62,094 nucleotides of DNA, taken from positions 1 to 62,094 of the IMG/VR virus record IMGVR_UViG_3300042141_000119. One strand, given 5' to 3'. This document shows, one piece after another, positions 56,792-62,094 of the stretch. The position numbers were made by a program, and so were the translations under genes. Numbering within the stretch: the first letter of the stretch is position 1; each line of letters begins with the position of its first letter. The notes under the pieces are model-generated. The model did not search any database, was not told the origin of the DNA, and saw nothing but the letters and a program-made list of their open reading frames with translations. The stretch comes from a virus. Taxonomy: Duplodnaviria > Caudoviricetes.

Positions 56792-56986
56792 ATGTATACT
56801 CTGCCTCACAGAGCGATCCCGACGGCCACTCTGGAACTACGGCCACGCGAGATCGAACTCCTCATCCGCTCCCTTGCGGAGTCAATCGAGGAGGAGTCCG
56901 AGTACGGCGACGAGGCGAAGGCGGCGGAACTCGCCGTGCTGCAACGCCGACTCGCGAACGTGGACAAGTCACTCATCACTCACTAA
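56792..56986 (+). CDS. Hypothetical protein
   Basis: ORF track, internal ATG. Confidence 0.5.
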   Translation: MYTLPHRAIPTATLELRPREIELLIRSLAESIEEESEYGDEAKAAELAVLQRRLANVDKSLITH

Positions 56987-56997
56987 GGAGGTTTCCC

Positions 56998-57864
56998 ATG
57001 ACTGGCAGCATCTCAATCGGCGCACGCTCCGGCGGCGTCTGCATCCTCAACGCAGCGTCCGCCCTGCGTGACACGGTGTTCGCCGCCGCTGACTCCGTCG
57101 GCTGCGGCCAGTACGTCCCGAAGCAGCCCGCCACCACCACGACGCTCAGTCTGGCGATGCGGGCCGTCGGCACCACGCTGTACGGCAAGCGGCGGAAGCA
57201 GCCCATCGTTGCGAGGCACATCGACGGCGATGCCTTCGAGTGTGTGCGGGTCGTGCCCGGCAGCGACAGGAACACCTACCACCACCTGTTCTCTGCCAGC
57301 ATCGACCGGCAGTGGAACGTGACAGTGCTGGCCCACAACCACGACGCACACTCGTGGACTCTGGACTCGTCCTTGTCCAGTGCGGTGGTCACGATGCGGG
57401 ACTACCTGCCTTCGCCTGTCGTGTCGCAGGTCGCAGTCAAGATTCTTTCCTCATGGAAGGGCGTGCTGCTCAAGGACGACGGCGGCGTGTGGTTCCTTGC
57501 GGACGAGCATCTCGACAAGTACCGCACGCTTGCCGCCGGTCTGCGGCAGAACGGTCGTGGCCCGAAGTTCACGCTGACCACGTTCCCCATCGACGCCAAC
57601 CCTGACACGGTGGCCCACGTTATCCAGAAGGTGCGTGACACCGTGAACGAGGGCGTCAATCAGATCATGCAGGACGTTCTGGAGGCGACCGGCGGAATGA
57701 ACGACCGCTCCATCAACGTCCGACTGTCCCGTGCCAACAAGCTGCTCGCCCTCGTGGAGCAGTACCAGTCTCTGACCGGCATCGCCATGCCGGAACTGAC
57801 CGATGCAATCGAGCAGTGCAAGCAGGCGGTTGCGGTCAATCGCCTGCTCGCCGCTTCTGTCTGA
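56998..57864 (+). CDS. Hypothetical protein (L...GGVWF motif)
   Basis: AAGGAGG RBS; 288 aa; near the AAA/VWA pair. Confidence 0.7.
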   Translation: MTGSISIGARSGGVCILNAASALRDTVFAAADSVGCGQYVPKQPATTTTLSLAMRAVGTTLYGKRRKQPIVARHIDGDAFECVRVVPGSDRNTYHHLFSASIDRQWNVTVLAHNHDAHSWTLDSSLSSAVVTMRDYLPSPVVSQVAVKILSSWKGVLLKDDGGVWFLADEHLDKYRTLAAGLRQNGRGPKFTLTTFPIDANPDTVAHVIQKVRDTVNEGVNQIMQDVLEATGGMNDRSINVRLSRANKLLALVEQYQSLTGIAMPELTDAIEQCKQAVAVNRLLAASV

Positions 57865-57899
57865 CGTAACCCATTACCCACCAGAAAAGGACTTCACCC

Positions 57900-58286
57900 A
57901 TGCGTGCCATGCGTATCAACGTGACCGAGTTCGTGAAGGAGTACACCGCCGCCGCCGAAGCCAACCTCTCCTCAAGGGAGTTGGCCGACCTGCTTGGCAT
58001 GAGCCAGGCCGGAGTCTGGCACCGGGCCGACCAGTGCCGCAAGCACGGCATTGAACTGCCGGTCCTGCGAGGCGGCCGGTTGCTGTCGCCGCAAAGCCGG
58101 GCCCGCAGGAGGGCCAAGTACCGGAAGAACTGGCAGCAGAATCGCAAGCCGGAGGCCGCGTCGAAGTCGCAGGCTCAGGCTGCGGTCATCGACGCGGTGG
58201 CTGACCGCGTGGCAGACAAGGTGTTCGCCCGGCTGCGTGACACGCTCCGGTTCCAGTTCTTCGTAGGCCCGGAAATCCCGGCATAA
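57900..58286 (+). CDS. HTH DNA-binding protein
   Basis: SSRELADLLGMSQAGV..R. Confidence 0.6.
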   Translation: MRAMRINVTEFVKEYTAAAEANLSSRELADLLGMSQAGVWHRADQCRKHGIELPVLRGGRLLSPQSRARRRAKYRKNWQQNRKPEAASKSQAQAAVIDAVADRVADKVFARLRDTLRFQFFVGPEIPA

Positions 58287-58370
58287 ACCCGCTGCGGAGT
58301 CTTGTTCTCGGGGGGGGCGGAACAGTTCTGCCCCTCCCCCCTTCCATTCACCTAGAGGAGTTCATCCATC

Positions 58371-59474
58371 ATGGCCCGTACCACTCTCGGCAACAGCCCT
58401 GCGTTCCTCGCCGCTCAGGTTGTCCCCACGCTCGTGCGTGGCGGCACTGGCGTCGGCAAGTCCTCAACGTGGGAAGCTCTTGCCGCCGCACTCGAGCGGA
58501 CGTTCGTCCCGCTGCTTGGTGCAACGCACCTGCCCGAAGACTTCTCGGGCTACCCCACCCCGAACCACAAGGAAGGCATCGTGAACATGATGCCGACATC
58601 GTGGGTCAAGAAGACGATGGACGGCAAGGCGCTCGTCCTCGTGGACGAGGTGACGAACGTGCCATCGGCAACGCAGGCTGGCCTGCTGTCGGTCATCTCG
58701 GAGCGTCGGGTTGGCGACTACGTCATGCCCGAATCCACGATGGTCGTCGGTGCCTGCAACCCGCCGGAACTGTGCCCCAATGCGGTGCCTCTGGCACCTG
58801 CGATGCGGGCCCGGTTCTTCCACCATGACTGGGTGGTGGACTACGACCACTGGTTCTCCGGCCTGCGGGCTGGCTGCGAGTGGACGGCACCGGAGTTCCC
58901 GATTGTCCCTTCGCACTGGCGGGACTTCCTGCCGCAGTTCGGATCGCTCGCTGAGGCTTTCCTCCGGGCGGCACCCGACTGCCGCGAGAAGCTGCCGACC
59001 GACGACGAGACGATGTCTTTCCCGAACTGCCGCACATGGACGTACCTCGTCAAGTGCTTCGCTGCCGCAGCCGCCTGCGACTACGACCGCGAGCATCCCA
59101 TGTACAAGGCTCTGGCTCTTGGCAACGTGGGCGAGGCGGTTGGTGGCGAGTTCCTCCGCTACTGGCGTAACCTCGACCTCGCCAACCCGGAGTCGTTCCT
59201 CTCGGGAGACGAGCAGTACCAGTACGTCAAGCGTCCAGACGCGAACATCTGCCTGCTCACTGGCTTGGTCAAGGGGCTGCGCGACAACACCAGCCCGGAC
59301 CGCTGGGTCAATGCGGCGAAGGTGTTCGTGACTGTAGGAGAGCAGGAGATCGAGTCGTTCCTCATGCAGTTCAAGTCCTTCTGGCGTCCCATCAAGGACG
59401 GCGGCGTGCGGCCTGACGGCTGGACTCCCCCGAAGGATGTGCTTGCCAAGCTGATGGCACTAGTTCAGTCGTGA
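58371..59474 (+). CDS. MoxR-like AAA+ ATPase
   Basis: GGTGVGKS, LVDEV, ACNP, AMRARF, R.W. Confidence 0.85.
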   Translation: MARTTLGNSPAFLAAQVVPTLVRGGTGVGKSSTWEALAAALERTFVPLLGATHLPEDFSGYPTPNHKEGIVNMMPTSWVKKTMDGKALVLVDEVTNVPSATQAGLLSVISERRVGDYVMPESTMVVGACNPPELCPNAVPLAPAMRARFFHHDWVVDYDHWFSGLRAGCEWTAPEFPIVPSHWRDFLPQFGSLAEAFLRAAPDCREKLPTDDETMSFPNCRTWTYLVKCFAAAAACDYDREHPMYKALALGNVGEAVGGEFLRYWRNLDLANPESFLSGDEQYQYVKRPDANICLLTGLVKGLRDNTSPDRWVNAAKVFVTVGEQEIESFLMQFKSFWRPIKDGGVRPDGWTPPKDVLAKLMALVQS

Positions 59475-59498
59475 CCCGCAAACACAGGAGACACACAC

Positions 59499-59810
59499 AT
59501 GGCTCGCACATGGAGCGTAACGGAGGCCACAGAGAGAGCGGCTTTCCTATCGGACGATACGGGCGAAGACGTTGCCGTTCTTGAGCGGCTCCCCGACGAA
59601 CTGTTTGACTCGCAAGCCCCGCTGAACGGCGAGGATTGGCAGGCAATGGTGGACTTGGTGGCTGCTGCCCCCGAGTTGCTGGCCGCCCTGCGACTCGCAC
59701 GCAACGCGCTCAACGTCGCGCCTCGATTTCATGTCGGCTCGACAGACAGCTACGAGATAGCGGCTGCGTGCGACAAGGCTATTTCCAAATCAGAAGGGAG
59801 GAGTGAGTGA
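59499..59810 (+). CDS. Hypothetical protein (AAAPELL motif)
   Basis: AGGAG RBS. Confidence 0.6.
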   Translation: MARTWSVTEATERAAFLSDDTGEDVAVLERLPDELFDSQAPLNGEDWQAMVDLVAAAPELLAALRLARNALNVAPRFHVGSTDSYEIAAACDKAISKSEGRSE

Positions 59811-60049
59811 TGTGCAGCCAAATGAACTGGCATGACTACGGCCTGACGGACCAGCCATTCACCGTGCCAGACAGTCAGCGGCGGGTACTCGTCGCACAGG
59901 ACGATGGGTACATCGAGATCGGCTACTGGGACGGAGCCCGGTTCCATTTCGACTATCCCACGCTGGTGGACGCCACGATACCTCGCGTGAGGTACTGGTG
60001 CGACCTGCCCGACACACCTACAGAGGAGCGTGACCATGCCAATGATTGA
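59807..60049 (+). CDS. Hypothetical protein (DUF551-like)
   Basis: W...P..RVLV...G.W...V.YW..LP pattern. Confidence 0.5.
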   Translation: MMCSQMNWHDYGLTDQPFTVPDSQRRVLVAQDDGYIEIGYWDGARFHFDYPTLVDATIPRVRYWCDLPDTPTEERDHAND

Positions 60050-60248
60050 CTGGACGGCGGATCAGGCAGAAGAAGTTCGGCAACTGTTTTTAGATCGCAT
60101 GGAATATCTCGCAACCAGCCGCGACCGTGCCGCCGTCCGCAATGACTCGGATGAAGTCCGGCTACTTTCCGGGTTCCTAGACGATGTGCGGGAACTCCTC
60201 CGCCTCTTGGAGGCGGCATACTCCACGCCAGAAGGGAGGACTGAATGA
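60036..60248 (+). CDS. Hypothetical protein
   Basis: GAGGAG RBS; coupled. Confidence 0.55.
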   Translation: MPMIDWTADQAEEVRQLFLDRMEYLATSRDRAAVRNDSDEVRLLSGFLDDVRELLRLLEAAYSTPEGRTE

Positions 60249-61702
60249 CCCCACGACAGCTACTGGGCCAAGCACGGGTGCATACCTTCGAGTACGTCCC
60301 GTACCTTGCGTCCTACATCTACAGCCTGCGAGAGCAGGAGACGCCGGGCATCGGCACGGCTGCGGTGGACGAGGCGGGCAACCTCTACTGGTGCCCGAAG
60401 TTCGTTGCTGAAATCGGCAAGGAGCAGACGGCCTACCTCGTGGCACACGAGGCGCTGCACCTTGTCTACGACCACCACTCCCGTTCACGGGAGATCATCG
60501 GAGAACACCCGGACGAGTTCACTAAGTACGTCTGCAACGTGGCGGGCGATCTCGTGATCGAGCAGACGCTCCACATGATGCGACACCTGCGACCGGAAGG
60601 GGCAGTCTACTTGGGGTGCGAGATTGCCTCGTGGGGCATCAAGCTCGACTTCCCCGAGAACAAGTCGATGCAGGAGTATTACCGCCTCATCCTTGAGAAG
60701 CTCAAGGGCAGGCCGCAGCCACAACCAGAGTCAACATCGCAACAACAGGAGAGCAGCAATGGAAGCGACGACAGCCCTGACGGTTCGGGAGACGGCACTG
60801 GCGACGACGACGGCGAGGGCACTGACGATAACGACGACGGCCAGCCCGGCGGACAGGGCAAGGGCGAGCAGGACGATGGCTCGCAAGCTACGCCTGCAAA
60901 CGGAGCGGGAGCGACTGCGTCTGGGAAGGGCGAGGCATCGCCCAAGCCGGGCGCTCCGGGCTCTGGCGGCTCGTGCGCGGACGGCCAGCCCCGCCCCTAC
61001 GAGATAGACGACGACGGCTCGTGGGAGACATGGGGCAACGACATGGCAGCAGCGAAGGCTGAGGAGGCCATCGCTGAGTACGAGAAGCAGCACGGCATCG
61101 GCTCAGTTCCAGGCGGCGTCAAGCAGGCGCTCCGCTGCAAGCTGCGGCCGCAGCCCGACCCGTTCGACCAGTTGCGGTCTGCCGTGTGCAGCAGCGTGGC
61201 ATCGCCGGTCGGCGGCAGGGACTTCTCTCGCCGCCGCCGGTCCCGCAAGCAGCCGCCGGGCGACAACGACCCGCTCCTGCATGGCCGCATCACGGTGCAG
61301 CCGCACGCGGTCGTGATCGTTGATACCTCTGGGTCCATGATGCACCGGGACACGACGGCCAGAGCGCTGGCTGTCATCGGTCAGGGCATCCGCAAGCTGT
61401 CTCGGGTGAAGGTGTTCTGTGCCGACACGCACGTTCGGTCGCACGCTTCGGTCGCCACGACCAAGACGTTCGACTGGTGCGGCGGCGGCGGGACGGACAT
61501 GGCACGTGCCATCGAGGAGGTGGACCGGACCGACAAGCCCGACTCCATCATCCTCATCACCGATGCGGAAACCGGCTGGCCCGACAAGAAGCCGCACGCC
61601 CGCGTCGTCGTGGCCTACACCGGATCGGTCGGTAGTCCCTATCACCAGCGAATCCCGTCGTGGTGCCGCACGATAGCACTTGCAGGAGGAAGCGATGCCT
61701 AA
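60245..61702 (+). CDS. Metallopeptidase-like plus VWA-like protein (DUF2201 type)
   Basis: HEALH, N.A.D, acidic linker, DTSGSM MIDAS, GGGGTD, ITD. Confidence 0.85.
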   Translation: MTPRQLLGQARVHTFEYVPYLASYIYSLREQETPGIGTAAVDEAGNLYWCPKFVAEIGKEQTAYLVAHEALHLVYDHHSRSREIIGEHPDEFTKYVCNVAGDLVIEQTLHMMRHLRPEGAVYLGCEIASWGIKLDFPENKSMQEYYRLILEKLKGRPQPQPESTSQQQESSNGSDDSPDGSGDGTGDDDGEGTDDNDDGQPGGQGKGEQDDGSQATPANGAGATASGKGEASPKPGAPGSGGSCADGQPRPYEIDDDGSWETWGNDMAAAKAEEAIAEYEKQHGIGSVPGGVKQALRCKLRPQPDPFDQLRSAVCSSVASPVGGRDFSRRRRSRKQPPGDNDPLLHGRITVQPHAVVIVDTSGSMMHRDTTARALAVIGQGIRKLSRVKVFCADTHVRSHASVATTKTFDWCGGGGTDMARAIEEVDRTDKPDSIILITDAETGWPDKKPHARVVVAYTGSVGSPYHQRIPSWCRTIALAGGSDA

Positions 61703-62094
61703 GACAGTCACGAAGAAGGTCTACACCTTTGAACAACTAGACGAGATTCTTTGCAGGAGGGGGGAGCGAGGGCGCACCAACGTCATCGCCCGGCTTCGGG
61801 GGAACGTGTTCCTCTTAGCTCCGACGGACGGCCCGAACCATATCCGCATCCAGTACAACAGCGAACACGCTCGCTTTGAAATCGCCCGCGTCTGGAAAGT
61901 GGCCGGTGAGGGCACCGCCTACAAGGTCTACGCCTACAAGCAGAACCCCAGCCTGCCAGCTTCGCAGGTGCGGTATCGCTCTGCCTACAAGAACTACGTC
62001 AATCGGCTAACGCCACACACCCTGTCGGCCAGAGGGCGGCTCGGAACAAGCTGGTGTTACAGGGTGGACACGGCGGGCTGGCACGGCACTGGCG
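61695..62094 (+). CDS. 5' part of the hypothetical protein spanning the join
   Basis: AGGAGG RBS; open through the window end and in frame with 1-636. Confidence 0.75.
   Translation, partial: MPKTVTKKVYTFEQLDEILCRRGERGRTNVIARLRGNVFLLAPTDGPNHIRIQYNSEHARFEIARVWKVAGEGTAYKVYAYKQNPSLPASQVRYRSAYKNYVNRLTPHTLSARGRLGTSWCYRVDTAGWHGTG
61968..62094 (+). repeat. Terminal direct repeat, right copy
   Basis: Identical to 1-127. Confidence 0.95.

Larger units (their letters stand above)
50202..58302 (+). promoter_or_regulatory. Dispersed 14-bp motif CCGCTGCGGAGTCT (14 copies)
   Basis: Exact at 50613, 52084, 52496, 53036, 53198, 55542, 56354, 58289; one mismatch at 50202, 50411, 50944, 51165, 51527, 56211. 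Confidence 0.85.

Noticed and set aside
50202-58302. CRISPR array
   Set aside because: Repeats are 14 bp, irregularly spaced by whole genes, and no cas genes are present

Overview
The window appears to be a complete ~62 kb high-GC dsDNA tailed-phage genome. Bases 1-127 are repeated exactly at 61968-62094 and one ORF reads through the join, giving a unit length of about 61,967 bp. A long minus-strand arm (~49970 down to 1500) carries: SSB and an HNH gene; scaffold, major capsid, terminase, portal and adaptor; large podovirus-like virion/ejection proteins; a recombination and nucleotide module (DUF3799-like exonuclease, ERF, SF2 helicase, resolvase, HD hydrolase, dATP/dGTP diphosphohydrolase); a papain-like protease; tail-fibre genes; and a sigma factor. 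A plus-strand 'early' arm (~50480 through the join to 1573) carries small ORFs, an amidoligase plus GATase, a beta-clamp-like protein, a LexA-like HTH, a MoxR AAA with a VWA-peptidase, and a serine recombinase. Three features stand out. (1) Three canonical integron attC sites (46740-47491) occur with no IntI; the cassette genes run antisense, start inside the attC hairpin and stop in the R' box. (2) Fourteen co-oriented copies of CCGCTGCGGAGTCT are clustered in the early arm, mostly right after stop codons and before hairpins. (3) A tRNA-His 3' half (candidate attP) lies next to a tyrosine recombinase and in frame within the exonuclease ORF. Product calls come from motif recognition by eye, with no database search. 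A Planctomycetota-like host is only an inference.
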